Shown here: positions 19,575 to 27,989 of the stretch, in pieces | How positions within the stretch are numbered: the first letter of the stretch is position 1 | Layout: each line of letters begins with the position of its first letter | Virus record (IMG/VR): IMGVR_UViG_3300027533_000247 | Span: 1-46,841 of that record | From: a virus | Taxonomy: Duplodnaviria > Caudoviricetes | DNA: 46,841 nucleotides | Reading direction: 5' to 3' (one strand) | Position numbers and translations under genes: made by a program | The notes under the pieces: model-generated | What the model saw: the letters and a program-made list of their open reading frames with translations, nothing else | Database searches by the model: none | Told to the model about the DNA's origin: nothing

Positions 19575-19766
19575 TTAATAACTAATTAATTTTGCATCTT
19601 CACATGCATTTTGAATTAAAATTATAGACTTGTTAAATTTTAATTTACTTTCACGTAAATTATACATAGAAGCGTGTGGAGCAGATGCAATATCTTCTAA
19701 TTCTGCCATTGCTTCTTTAATATCTACAAATGCTTGTTTTAATTTATTTTCGTATGTATTCACCAT
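19575..19766 (-). CDS. Hypothetical coiled-coil protein
   Basis: GGAG RBS; helical. Confidence 0.55.
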   Translation of the reverse strand: MVNTYENKLKQAFVDIKEAMAELEDIASAPHASMYNLRESKLKFNKSIILIQNACEDAKLISY

Positions 19767-20005
19767 GACTCCACATTCCTACATGTATCTTCATCAATCT
19801 CATTCAATTCAACATCTGATATGTCCATCATGTTGAATAGTTCGATTAGGAATTTACGATACTCAGACGTAGAATTTTTAACAGGGATATTAATATGTGA
19901 TGTATGTTTAAATGCATCATTCTTAATACTTATTTCATCGTTATTATGATTGATTGTGATGTATATCATATTATTCCTCATCCGGAAAATCATAATTATT
20001 TTCAA
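19760..20005 (-). CDS. Hypothetical protein
   Basis: ORF in the packed operon. Confidence 0.45.
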   Translation of the reverse strand: MKIIMIFRMRNNMIYITINHNNDEISIKNDAFKHTSHINIPVKNSTSEYRKFLIELFNMMDISDVELNEIDEDTCRNVESW

Positions 20006-20153
20006 TATCTAATTCAGCTTTACTTTTAATTTCCCACGAAGAATCTACATACATGTAATCATTATCAATTAACCATGTTAGACAATCTTGTAATGATTTA
20101 AACTTATATTGACTATAAGCATCCCCATTATATACTCTAAGATATACATTCAT
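19971..20153 (-). CDS. Small acidic hypothetical protein
   Basis: 60-aa ORF after the nuclease. Confidence 0.5.
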   Translation of the reverse strand: MNVYLRVYNGDAYSQYKFKSLQDCLTWLIDNDYMYVDSSWEIKSKAELDIENNYDFPDEE

Positions 20154-20156
20154 TAT

Positions 20157-21179
20157 TCAATCTCCATCATTAGTCGTGTTAACAGGGTTCCACTCATCAC
20201 CACGATAAAAATTCAATTTGATTACTTCATTACGCATATCAGGATCAGATTCACATACTTCGTAGAAGTCACATTTACCAAATTTACTCTCACAACTATT
20301 GAAATTAGGAGGATAATGACCCTGCGCATCATATGCAATTAATTGCTTACACCAATATGGCAATACATATGACTGCCATTCCATTAAGCGCGCCGCTGAA
20401 TATGTTACTACTTCGCGCTTAAACTTATCTACTGGTTTCAATGTTTTCTGTAATCCAACTTTATTGATGAATACCTTTCTGGTATCCATAACTCTACATT
20501 GACCCATGAATTGATTATTTATCGACAGACTATCCCTATTCTGTTTCATTGTCTTATGGTCAGTAGGGAATATTCCGTTATTAGTATCTACAATCCAATC
20601 TAACTTTGCTTTCCATAGAATACGAATTTCATCATCTTCATATAAGACTTTACTACGCACAGTTTCAACATCTAAAGTGACCCAAAAATCAGAGAGGTAA
20701 TGCTTATGATATTCATCACATGTCTGTAATGCAAATTTCCATCCTACTTGATATCCCTCGCTCTCGCTCGGCGTATTTTGTAAGCCTGGATATTCATTGG
20801 GTTGGTGGCCACATGAAGGTTTGGTTATGCATGCATCATCACATGTATGATTAAAACTATATGCTTCATGTTCCAAAGGTTTAGAATGAACAACTTCAAA
20901 CTTCGTACAATGCGGACATCCCTGTATGTATAGTTCAGCAGCAGAAATGCCAAATCCAAATGCTTGGCTCTTTCCAATACCTTTCATTTGGCTTCCATAA
21001 TATACTTCCATGAACTTATGGATTACGCTGCCAATTTCTAAACTGTTTCCCTTTCCACCTATTTGGAGAAGGGAATTATTAAATCGCATTTCATAGAAAC
21101 GGCCGCATTTCATGAGGGCTGTTAGCCCTGTTGCGTCCATTACAATGAAGGTTTGTTTGGATGGAATTATGATGTCCAT
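20157..21179 (-). CDS. PD-(D/E)XK exonuclease (RecB/Cas4-like, probable Fe-S clamp)
   Basis: N-terminal Cys, GSVIH, E...KLDWI...DHKT, QFMGQ and C-terminal C-x6-C-x5-C. Confidence 0.8.
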   Translation of the reverse strand: MDIIIPSKQTFIVMDATGLTALMKCGRFYEMRFNNSLLQIGGKGNSLEIGSVIHKFMEVYYGSQMKGIGKSQAFGFGISAAELYIQGCPHCTKFEVVHSKPLEHEAYSFNHTCDDACITKPSCGHQPNEYPGLQNTPSESEGYQVGWKFALQTCDEYHKHYLSDFWVTLDVETVRSKVLYEDDEIRILWKAKLDWIVDTNNGIFPTDHKTMKQNRDSLSINNQFMGQCRVMDTRKVFINKVGLQKTLKPVDKFKREVVTYSAARLMEWQSYVLPYWCKQLIAYDAQGHYPPNFNSCESKFGKCDFYEVCESDPDMRNEVIKLNFYRGDEWNPVNTTNDGD

Positions 21180-21403
21180 TATCGACCCCTTGGTATAACA
21201 ACAGGAACGGTTACTACATCAGTATTTGATTTTAGCATGGCTACACATTGATATTCTTTCTTACCATCTGCCATGCATTCAGCCATTAATCTATTCATTT
21301 TATTTTCACTTTGCATTCCAGCCCAAATTACTAATGCAATTGCACCTACAATTAATCCACCAAATATCCATCCTAAATTATCTTCAATTAATTCCATCAA
21401 CAT
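21179..21403 (-). CDS. Membrane protein
   Basis: TM helix plus a C-x8-C motif. Confidence 0.6.
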   Translation of the reverse strand: MLMELIEDNLGWIFGGLIVGAIALVIWAGMQSENKMNRLMAECMADGKKEYQCVAMLKSNTDVVTVPVVIPRGR

Positions 21404-21417
21404 TATTTTATCCTTAA

Positions 21418-23568
21418 TTAAATTCCTAACACATTTTCATTCTGTCTCACAGGTTTCGACATCTTCTTAATATTTGCGTTCTTAACTGCTCTACCTTTTT
21501 TCTTCCACCTATCCACAATTCTCTGTGCCAATTCCTGAGCAATTTCTCCTTCATCCCATTTAGGTAATTCTCCCTTATTCATTAATTCATGGAAGAATTT
21601 CCTTTTTCTCTCCACTATCTCGCTTAAGTCCATATCTATTGTTTCATCTGCTTCTACGCATGTGATATTAATAGATTTACTCTTCTGTCCAATACGTTTG
21701 AATCGTCCGGGTGTAGCTTGATCCTCATTTTGTGGATTCCATTGTCTTTCATGAAGGATAGAATCCCAACCCTTTTGTAATCCGTCGATTCCTTCGCCAC
21801 ACGCTAATGTCGATGCAATAATGAACCATCTTTTACCATCAGTATTGAAGCGCGATGATACATTATTATTCTCTAGGTCTGTTTTCTGTGCACTTAATGT
21901 CTGTATGACTACATCTGTCTTACCCTTAAATAACTTCTTCAATTCCTCAACTAGATGATAACTGACATCATTATGATGCACAAATATGACAATACTTCTA
22001 TCCGTGTTTTCATAAAATTCATCACAGAATTCAACTGTCGCTGCAATTTTGGCTAATCCTGTGATATGTCTCATTCTCGCCATTTGTGCGAGTAATTCAA
22101 TTCCTTCTGGTTCCTCACCATCTATCATTTTACCGTTATACCAATCTACGAAGCTAGACGTTGCACCATCATATTGTTCCTGTGCAATTTCATCTAATTG
22201 GACTGGTAATTTCATACGTTTCACGCTAGGTGCATCGGCCATTACTTCATCAAATTCATAACGAATAATTAGGTCTTTAGTGTATTCTTTGAATCGCTTA
22301 ACATCTCGTATTCCACCTTGTTTGCGTGAACCATTATGCATATACCAATCAACCCAATCCACTAAAAATCTTTGTTGTGAATTGAATTTTGTTGGACTAA
22401 TCATATTCATAACGGGGAATAATTCCTCGCCGCGATTTTTCCACGGTGTTCCTGATAGTGCGATGATTTTAATTGTCTCATCAGCAACTATACGCCTAAT
22501 TTGTTGTGTCCTACCCGAATCGACATTCTTAATTTGTTGGCATTCATCTAATATTACAAGTTTAATTCCTAGTGCTTTAATCTTTTCCCTATCAATTTTA
22601 CGCAATAAATCATATGACGTAATGTATGATTTAAACCCTGGCAATAGGGGATCGCGCGATGTTGATATGATTTGACCCATATGGTCTGGGCCAATCCAAC
22701 GTAATATCTCTTTTAACCACTGAAACTTAGTTTTTGACTTTACTACGTATAAAGTGGGAGTCATTGTTTCTGCATGGAATTTAACTTGCATAAGTGAGAT
22801 TGGAGTTTTACCTAATCCCATTTCGTGTGCAATTAAAACTCCCTTTTGAAGAATTAATCCTGATTCTTGAAATTGACAGGATTTAACTTGGAAGTCAAAT
22901 AACTTATATTCTCCACACGACATACATTGATTTGGGCATTCTGATGATTTATCAAATTCATGCTTACATGCTGCCACCTCAGATTTCCAATCATTTGACA
23001 CAATCTTATCGAATGGAGTTCCTTTAGGGATTATACGCTTATTAATGTGTCCACACTTGAGTGTAGTCCACTTCTCATCATCTCCTTTGACATTCTTAAC
23101 GTCAATAGAGAATAACTCTATTGCGACTACTCCACATGTTTTACAGTGGTCTTGTAAGCGCGTTACCTTATACTTTGGCGTCCTAATCGTTATAACTTCT
23201 TCTTCGACTTCCATTTCTACAGTTGCGCCAGACCTAATTGCGTCTATAATATTTTCAGGTAAATTCAAATGTGAACAGGGTAATGTGTTAATACATCCAA
23301 TCTCTTTTGCCTTGGCTTTCCATACTTCATCGTGTCCATGTGTATGGCCCACTAATGCATGTGCTATTTCATGCTTAATTGTATCAATGACTGATTCATC
23401 ATCGTGTATGTCTACATGATGCGCGTTGATTATAATTGCTTTATCTTTGTAACTACATAAACCTAGATATGGCATGTTTGGGTCAGACGTAATTCTGACT
23501 TTCCAATTGGATAAGCCATAACGATTTAATTCGTCTCTTAATAGTTGACTTGCTTTATTGCGTTCCAT
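21418..23568 (-). CDS. SNF2-family helicase with N-terminal SprT-like metalloprotease and zinc-finger domains
   Basis: LGLCSY...KHEIAH...HGHD..WK (SprT); HEMGLGKT, ILDECQ, LSGTP, GEGID and NEDQ...RIGQ helicase motifs. Confidence 0.85.
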   Translation of the reverse strand: MERNKASQLLRDELNRYGLSNWKVRITSDPNMPYLGLCSYKDKAIIINAHHVDIHDDESVIDTIKHEIAHALVGHTHGHDEVWKAKAKEIGCINTLPCSHLNLPENIIDAIRSGATVEMEVEEEVITIRTPKYKVTRLQDHCKTCGVVAIELFSIDVKNVKGDDEKWTTLKCGHINKRIIPKGTPFDKIVSNDWKSEVAACKHEFDKSSECPNQCMSCGEYKLFDFQVKSCQFQESGLILQKGVLIAHEMGLGKTPISLMQVKFHAETMTPTLYVVKSKTKFQWLKEILRWIGPDHMGQIISTSRDPLLPGFKSYITSYDLLRKIDREKIKALGIKLVILDECQQIKNVDSGRTQQIRRIVADETIKIIALSGTPWKNRGEELFPVMNMISPTKFNSQQRFLVDWVDWYMHNGSRKQGGIRDVKRFKEYTKDLIIRYEFDEVMADAPSVKRMKLPVQLDEIAQEQYDGATSSFVDWYNGKMIDGEEPEGIELLAQMARMRHITGLAKIAATVEFCDEFYENTDRSIVIFVHHNDVSYHLVEELKKLFKGKTDVVIQTLSAQKTDLENNNVSSRFNTDGKRWFIIASTLACGEGIDGLQKGWDSILHERQWNPQNEDQATPGRFKRIGQKSKSINITCVEADETIDMDLSEIVERKRKFFHELMNKGELPKWDEGEIAQELAQRIVDRWKKKGRAVKNANIKKMSKPVRQNENVLGI

Positions 23569-23605
23569 TATTTGATTCCTATTTTATCCTTTCTTTGTCA
23601 ATTTA

Positions 23606-23692
23606 TGGTGCGGGGTAAGGGATTTGCACCCATACGCCATTTTGTGGCAATGGCTTTTAAGGCCATCATGTCTTCTATTCCATCAACCCCGC
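23606..23692 (-). tRNA. tRNA-Leu(UAA)
   Basis: GCGGGGT/ACCCCGC acceptor, ATGGC-CTTAAAA-GCCAT anticodon arm, long variable arm, encoded ACCA end. Confidence 0.9.
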
Positions 23693-23698
23693 TTATAT

Positions 23699-24121
23699 TT
23701 AATGATTTATTTTTCCATTACAACTTCTAGAACAAAATTTACCAGATTGTCCCTTACCTCTACGTTCATTATAATCTCTTTGTCTAACCATTTCAGTTGT
23801 TGCAGTAAAATTATTGCCACAATAAGCACAAATCCATATTTCAGGCTGAAATCTTGTTCTAACTTTCATACTGTGAAATTTGGTATGTTGACTTCTATCC
23901 ACAACCTCAAAATTATGTTCAGAATTATTTTCAATATTGCCATCTATATGATGAACAGTTTCATTTGATTCTAAATATCGTCCTAATTTAATTTCCATAA
24001 TATATTTAGGATATGATACAGTTTTCTTAGAACCATTTACCTTATGAACAAAACACATATGCATTCGTCCATCTGGACGGCTATAAGGGCCATATGACTT
24101 GTATTCTTCGTAAGGTATCAT
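23699..24121 (-). CDS. HNH homing endonuclease
   Basis: LGRYL...VHHIDGNIENN...N...H core and a C-terminal CAYC...FCSRSC zinc finger. Confidence 0.9.
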   Translation of the reverse strand: MIPYEEYKSYGPYSRPDGRMHMCFVHKVNGSKKTVSYPKYIMEIKLGRYLESNETVHHIDGNIENNSEHNFEVVDRSQHTKFHSMKVRTRFQPEIWICAYCGNNFTATTEMVRQRDYNERRGKGQSGKFCSRSCNGKINH

Positions 24122-24150
24122 ACTATGTATACCAATTCCATTACTGTGGC
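24118..24150 (-). pseudogene. 5' remnant of a class II-like tRNA
   Basis: GCCACAG-TA-ATGG-AATTGGTATA-CAT-A-GTATG gives an acceptor strand and D-arm, cut off at the HNH start codon. Confidence 0.55.
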
Positions 24151-24470
24151 ATTATTCATGTTATGGTCTGAATTCTACTCTACTTATTGAATCTATTAGA
24201 AAATTAGCTTGTAATCTAATATCTTTTGGATTTGAAATCCAAATAACATCTGATTTTATAATAGGGAGACAATCAGGATATGACAATTTCTTATTTGGTT
24301 GACTCTTGAGCCATATATGTGTAATCATTTAAATTCCACAATTCTAAATATAATATCTTTTAAATTTAAATTATCTAAAGCATTTTGAATAAATATTTCT
24401 GTGCAATTAAAATATATCAATGATGTATTGTCTTTTTTACTTATTAAAGTTAGTGTATACATAATTGATA

Positions 24471-24544
24471 TCCGACTGGATAGATTCGAACTATCAATCA
24501 ATCCCTTATAAAGAGACTGCTTTATCCAATTAAGCTACAGTCGG
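24471..24544 (-). tRNA. tRNA-Ile(UAU)
   Basis: CCGACTG/CAGTCGG acceptor, GCTT/AAGC D-stem, GTCTC-TTTATAA-GGGAT anticodon arm, GATAG-TTCGAAT-CTATC T arm; no encoded CCA. Confidence 0.9.
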
Positions 24545-24554
24545 TCACTTCTAA

Positions 24555-24839
24555 CTATTCCTTTGTTACAGCCAATTTAATAGTCTTAGAGAATTTACCT
24601 CGCACTTTAGTTTGGTAAATAAATCCTCTACTTTCAATTCCTGTATCAAGTAAATGATTTAAGGTTCCACCATTGATTACTTTACTATCTGTAGTCTTAA
24701 TTCCCTTAATAGGGGTATTACCCATAACCCTACAATAATTTCTAGCTTGATTATTTTTCTCTGCATTGCTTAATTCATTATACATTATATTCTCCTTATC
24801 CAACATACTCAACACAACAATTACATTTCTTACATACAT
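24555..24839 (-). CDS. Hypothetical protein (likely start MYNELS at 24785)
   Basis: AGGAG RBS before the internal Met. Confidence 0.5.
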   Translation of the reverse strand: MYVRNVIVVLSMLDKENIMYNELSNAEKNNQARNYCRVMGNTPIKGIKTTDSKVINGGTLNHLLDTGIESRGFIYQTKVRGKFSKTIKLAVTKE

Positions 24840-25041
24840 ATCTATATTCGTATGTATTTCGTGCCATTAATTCATGATTCGTGTAGATATTACAATTGGC
24901 ACAAAACAAATGCATATGGTTTAACATGCCTATATAATGTGGGCCTGGTTTATATCCATTCGATACCAATGTAGACATGGATATGACTAAGCGCGATGTC
25001 ATATTAGTTATTATTTGTATGTTCATTTTACATCTTCCCAT
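24796..25041 (-). CDS. Zinc-ribbon protein
   Basis: CANC...CKKC. Confidence 0.5.
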   Translation of the reverse strand: MGRCKMNIQIITNMTSRLVISMSTLVSNGYKPGPHYIGMLNHMHLFCANCNIYTNHELMARNTYEYRYVCKKCNCCVEYVG

Positions 25042-25244
25042 TTTTCATAATCATATTTCTTAATTCTTTTCTTTATTCCTGCTGTTACCATTCCTTTAGA
25101 ATTTCGTCGTGGAATAGGTAATTGATTTGATTCAATATCAGGTGATAAATTCATACAACGAGAACATCTTTGATAAATTCTACCCTGATTATTGTGGAAT
25201 CTAACTATTCCCCCACAATTTTTGTGATATCCTAGTTTCTCCAT
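25023..25244 (-). CDS. Zinc-ribbon protein
   Basis: HKNCGG...CSRC. Confidence 0.55.
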   Translation of the reverse strand: MEKLGYHKNCGGIVRFHNNQGRIYQRCSRCMNLSPDIESNQLPIPRRNSKGMVTAGIKKRIKKYDYEKWEDVK

Positions 25245-25247
25245 AAA

Positions 25248-26099
25248 TTATTTGGATTGTTCAGACATCCCCTCTTTAATTCCTCGCCTAAGACTATTGA
25301 TTGCCTGTTCAAGTGTCCAATTTTTCGACACCATCATCATTTCGACTACTATTTCACTAAACTTCCCATTTACTTCTATGTTTAATGCGTTAACAGCGTC
25401 GCGCATTTCTTTCTTAGTTGCTTTCTTAGGATTAGTCTTGATTGCCTTGGGTGTTACAGGTTTAGGCATTTTGACATCATAATGAATGTCAATTATCTTA
25501 AGCTGTTCCCGTTCCTCAGCACGTAATTTATTGGCGTAATCATTCATGGCTATGTGCCATGCTTTTTGTTCGCTATATGCTTCAATCTTCTTTTTATCCA
25601 AGTCGAATATGACAGTTTGCAATAGGCTGATACGTCTTTTACATTCTGCTACGTATTCAAAGAATTTCTTATCCGCTGGTATATCCTCATTTGCCCATAT
25701 GGATTTTCGTATTTCCTCAATTGGGACTGTCTTAGCTGTGAATATATCAGAACTCAAGTGCAATTGTTCATCTATTCGCCTAGCGTCACCAATTAACTTG
25801 TTGTATGGATTAGTTATATTGTTATACGCTTCTAATCGTCCATTTTGATTTTCAGGAGACATAAATTCTTCATGTTTCTGCCTCCATGCTGGAGTTTTAA
25901 TTTCAGCTTCGATTATTGCTTTTTCACGTTCCATACAATCGCGGGTCAATAATGCTTGTGACCCATTTAACATGAAATTTTGTAGATTACCTGTCTTTTC
26001 GCAACAATCACATATTGCATTGTCACCATGTTTATCTTCAGGCCATCCACAATCAATGCAGAATCCGGGTTTATTTGGGTTATTTGTGAAGTTGTCCAT
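25248..26099 (-). CDS. Hypothetical protein with an N-terminal Cys/His cluster and helical body
   Basis: 283-aa ORF with CIDCG...H...CDCC. Confidence 0.75.
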   Translation of the reverse strand: MDNFTNNPNKPGFCIDCGWPEDKHGDNAICDCCEKTGNLQNFMLNGSQALLTRDCMEREKAIIEAEIKTPAWRQKHEEFMSPENQNGRLEAYNNITNPYNKLIGDARRIDEQLHLSSDIFTAKTVPIEEIRKSIWANEDIPADKKFFEYVAECKRRISLLQTVIFDLDKKKIEAYSEQKAWHIAMNDYANKLRAEEREQLKIIDIHYDVKMPKPVTPKAIKTNPKKATKKEMRDAVNALNIEVNGKFSEIVVEMMMVSKNWTLEQAINSLRRGIKEGMSEQSK

Positions 26100-26300
26100 T
26101 TATTCTTGTCCATCCCTTTTACGAAGTTGATAGACTTTATTATATAATCTACGAAGGATTAAATAACTAAATCTGGTATGGACAAATGGGGAAAATTCCC
26201 AACCAATTTTGTCTCCGTAATTGATAATTACTCCTAATTCTCTATTAGAATCAGTTTCAGTAACTAAATAATTACCATTTAGATTTAATTTGTATGTCAT
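26100..26300 (-). CDS. Hypothetical protein
   Basis: Start MTYKLN with a GAGG RBS. Confidence 0.5.
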   Translation of the reverse strand: MTYKLNLNGNYLVTETDSNRELGVIINYGDKIGWEFSPFVHTRFSYLILRRLYNKVYQLRKRDGQE

Positions 26301-26301
26301 T

Positions 26302-26508
26302 TTATTCCTCACAACCCTTATGTAGTGAGGGTTTCGTATGGATGATCCAAGGCCAATTCCCATACTTTAGACCGTCTGCAAGTGCGATGATATAATCTAA
26401 TTCACTTGCCATTGGATACATTTTAGCTACTGATGCATGTTGTTCAACAGTATTAGCATAAGAATGTAATACTTGAAATAATTTATATCGTCTTTCCTCT
26501 GCTGTCAT
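26302..26508 (-). CDS. Hypothetical protein
   Basis: GGGAG RBS. Confidence 0.6.
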   Translation of the reverse strand: MTAEERRYKLFQVLHSYANTVEQHASVAKMYPMASELDYIIALADGLKYGNWPWIIHTKPSLHKGCEE

Positions 26509-26529
26509 TATGTATCACTCCCTATTTGA

Positions 26530-26760
26530 TACCTTGTTTATTAATGCAGTTTATGTAGCTTTCACCACTGCAAGGTTTATAACACAGCTACCCTTTGGCT
26601 AGTCATTATGTGAGCATACGTCAGACTATTATGGCGCTTATCATGGACGCCTGCAATTGAGTATGTCAAACCCTCTGTATTCTATTACAGGCTTGGGACT
26701 GTCCCTAATACTAATCCGATTGGATGTATTAGAGGCTACATTAACCCCATATTGGGGGTT
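26530..26760 (-). ncRNA. Candidate structured leader / ncRNA
   Basis: Several hairpins, including GUGGU-GAAA-GCUAC, with G-U pairs on the - strand; ends just before the RBS of 26302..26508. Confidence 0.5.
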
Positions 26761-27059
26761 TATTTACTTACAGGCATTGTATCATTTAGATCATCTACTA
26801 CATTGAATCCATAGAATTGAAATGTATTAGTTTGATTATCTATTTGGGTTTGTCTACATTCCTCTGCCTTTTGTTTGTCCTTATATGAATATGTGAAATA
26901 TCCACCTAATTCATATTTAATTGCGTATAATGTAGTGCCTGCTTTGATTGCAGGTGCATTACGACGCGCGCGGCTAGACTTGTTAAGTGTAAATTCTACT
27001 ACTTCAGTCTTAATTCTAATCGGATAATTGTTTTCCATTATTTTGCAATTTAATTGCAT
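26760..27059 (-). CDS. Hypothetical early protein
   Basis: First ORF after the 27083-27121 promoters. Confidence 0.6.
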   Translation of the reverse strand: MQLNCKIMENNYPIRIKTEVVEFTLNKSSRARRNAPAIKAGTTLYAIKYELGGYFTYSYKDKQKAEECRQTQIDNQTNTFQFYGFNVVDDLNDTMPVSK

Positions 27060-27082
27060 GATTTATACAATTTGTAGTTTTC

Positions 27083-27110
27083 ATTATACCTCGCACTCTG
27101 TCTATTGCAA
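27083..27110 (-). promoter_or_regulatory. Sigma70-type promoter
   Basis: (T)TTGCAA-16/17 nt-TATAAT. Confidence 0.65.
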
Positions 27111-27121
27111 ATTCCATTCCA
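27106..27121 (-). promoter_or_regulatory. Sigma54-type -24/-12 promoter
   Basis: TGGAAT-GGAAT-TTGCA (GG-N10-GC), overlapping the sigma70 -35. Confidence 0.5.
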
Positions 27122-27129
27122 TTCGTTAT

Positions 27130-27177
27130 ACACTATATGTAGTGTTTCGCCTCGCTTTCGCCTACTATATCTAGTGG
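27130..27177. promoter_or_regulatory. Tandem NrdR boxes
   Basis: ACACTATATGTAGTGT (27130-27145) and CTACTATATCTAGTGG (27162-27177), 32 bp start to start; both match the acaCwAtATaTwGtgt consensus. Confidence 0.75.
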
Positions 27178-27183
27178 CTCAGG

Positions 27184-27218
27184 TGACAGAATTTGTCAGG
27201 TGACGACAATTGTTGTCA
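27184..27218. promoter_or_regulatory. Two TGACA-N5-TGTCA operator/enhancer sites
   Basis: TGACA-GAATT-TGTCA (27184-27198) and CGACA-ATTGT-TGTCA (27204-27218), 20 bp apart. Confidence 0.65.
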
Positions 27219-27236
27219 TGTCCTATAAAGGGGACA

Positions 27237-27440
27237 TTACTTATTGATCCGATTATTTACTATCATGTAGATATAATCAATTTCCTTTTGGATTTGATTA
27301 TTTATCTCATCTTTAAGTTTAAGTATATCATCTAATCTTTGATCTAAACTTGGATTAGGCATTGAATTAAGTTCACCTAATGATTTAGCTTTGTAATTCA
27401 TTACCCAACTAGCTGATTTTTGAATTATCATTTCAACCAA
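27237..27440 (-). CDS. Hypothetical protein
   Basis: Packed small ORF. Confidence 0.5.
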   Translation of the reverse strand: MVEMIIQKSASWVMNYKAKSLGELNSMPNPSLDQRLDDILKLKDEINNQIQKEIDYIYMIVNNRINK

Positions 27441-27622
27441 TCTATATTTTCTAATGCTTTTTGTTCTAAATCGTATTCTTCACTAATCTCACTTTGATTC
27501 TCAATTACTAAGCTATACATTTTACATATTGCTTCATTAGCTGTAATTGCACCTTCCATATATTGCGTATTAACTTTATTGAAATGTTCCATTAATTCTG
27601 TTGATTTGGGTGTATTGACCAT
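27428..27622 (-). CDS. Hypothetical protein
   Basis: Packed small acidic ORF. Confidence 0.5.
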   Translation of the reverse strand: MVNTPKSTELMEHFNKVNTQYMEGAITANEAICKMYSLVIENQSEISEEYDLEQKALENIDWLK

Positions 27623-27789
27623 AATCCAGACTCCATTATACTGAACCTAGTTACTCTAAACTTTACCCCCGTTATATTGTCATACAGGGTTATCCATTTA
27701 CGTCCTATAGCCACCACTTCAGCATATTTAATTCCATGCATGAAATAATCAGAGGCAGGATGTATTGTGATGATTTGGCCTATATTCAT
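27592..27789 (-). CDS. Hypothetical protein (SH3-like beta barrel possible)
   Basis: GAGG RBS; IGQ.I...AEVVAIGRKWITL pattern. Confidence 0.55.
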   Translation of the reverse strand: MNIGQIITIHPASDYFMHGIKYAEVVAIGRKWITLYDNITGVKFRVTRFSIMESGLWSIHPNQQN

Positions 27790-27791
27790 AT

Positions 27792-27989
27792 TTATTCCTC
27801 AGGAATTGTAACAGACCAACCTTGAGCCAATATGGCTCTAAAGATTGATTCATTCAAATGAATTGTGGAACAGATAACTAATTGGTCAATGTCATCTGTA
27901 AGTAAATTGCGGCGGTAAAGTGTAATTGTATACATTATATGTCCTATTTGGTTTGATTTGTCCTGATATTCTTGCGACATCCGACTCAA
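27792..27989 (-). CDS. Hypothetical protein
   Basis: ORF starting inside the left arm of the palindrome. Confidence 0.45.
   Translation of the reverse strand: MSRMSQEYQDKSNQIGHIMYTITLYRRNLLTDDIDQLVICSTIHLNESIFRAILAQGWSVTIPEE

Noticed and set aside
20157-21179. Cas4-like nuclease as evidence of a CRISPR system
   Set aside because: I found no repeat-spacer array or other cas genes; such nucleases are routine partners of Sak4 and SSB.
26667-26681. 15-nt inverted match to 46637-46651 (AATACAGAGGGTTTG)
   Set aside because: A few 15-mer matches are expected by chance in a 47-kb AT-rich sequence, and there is no other support.
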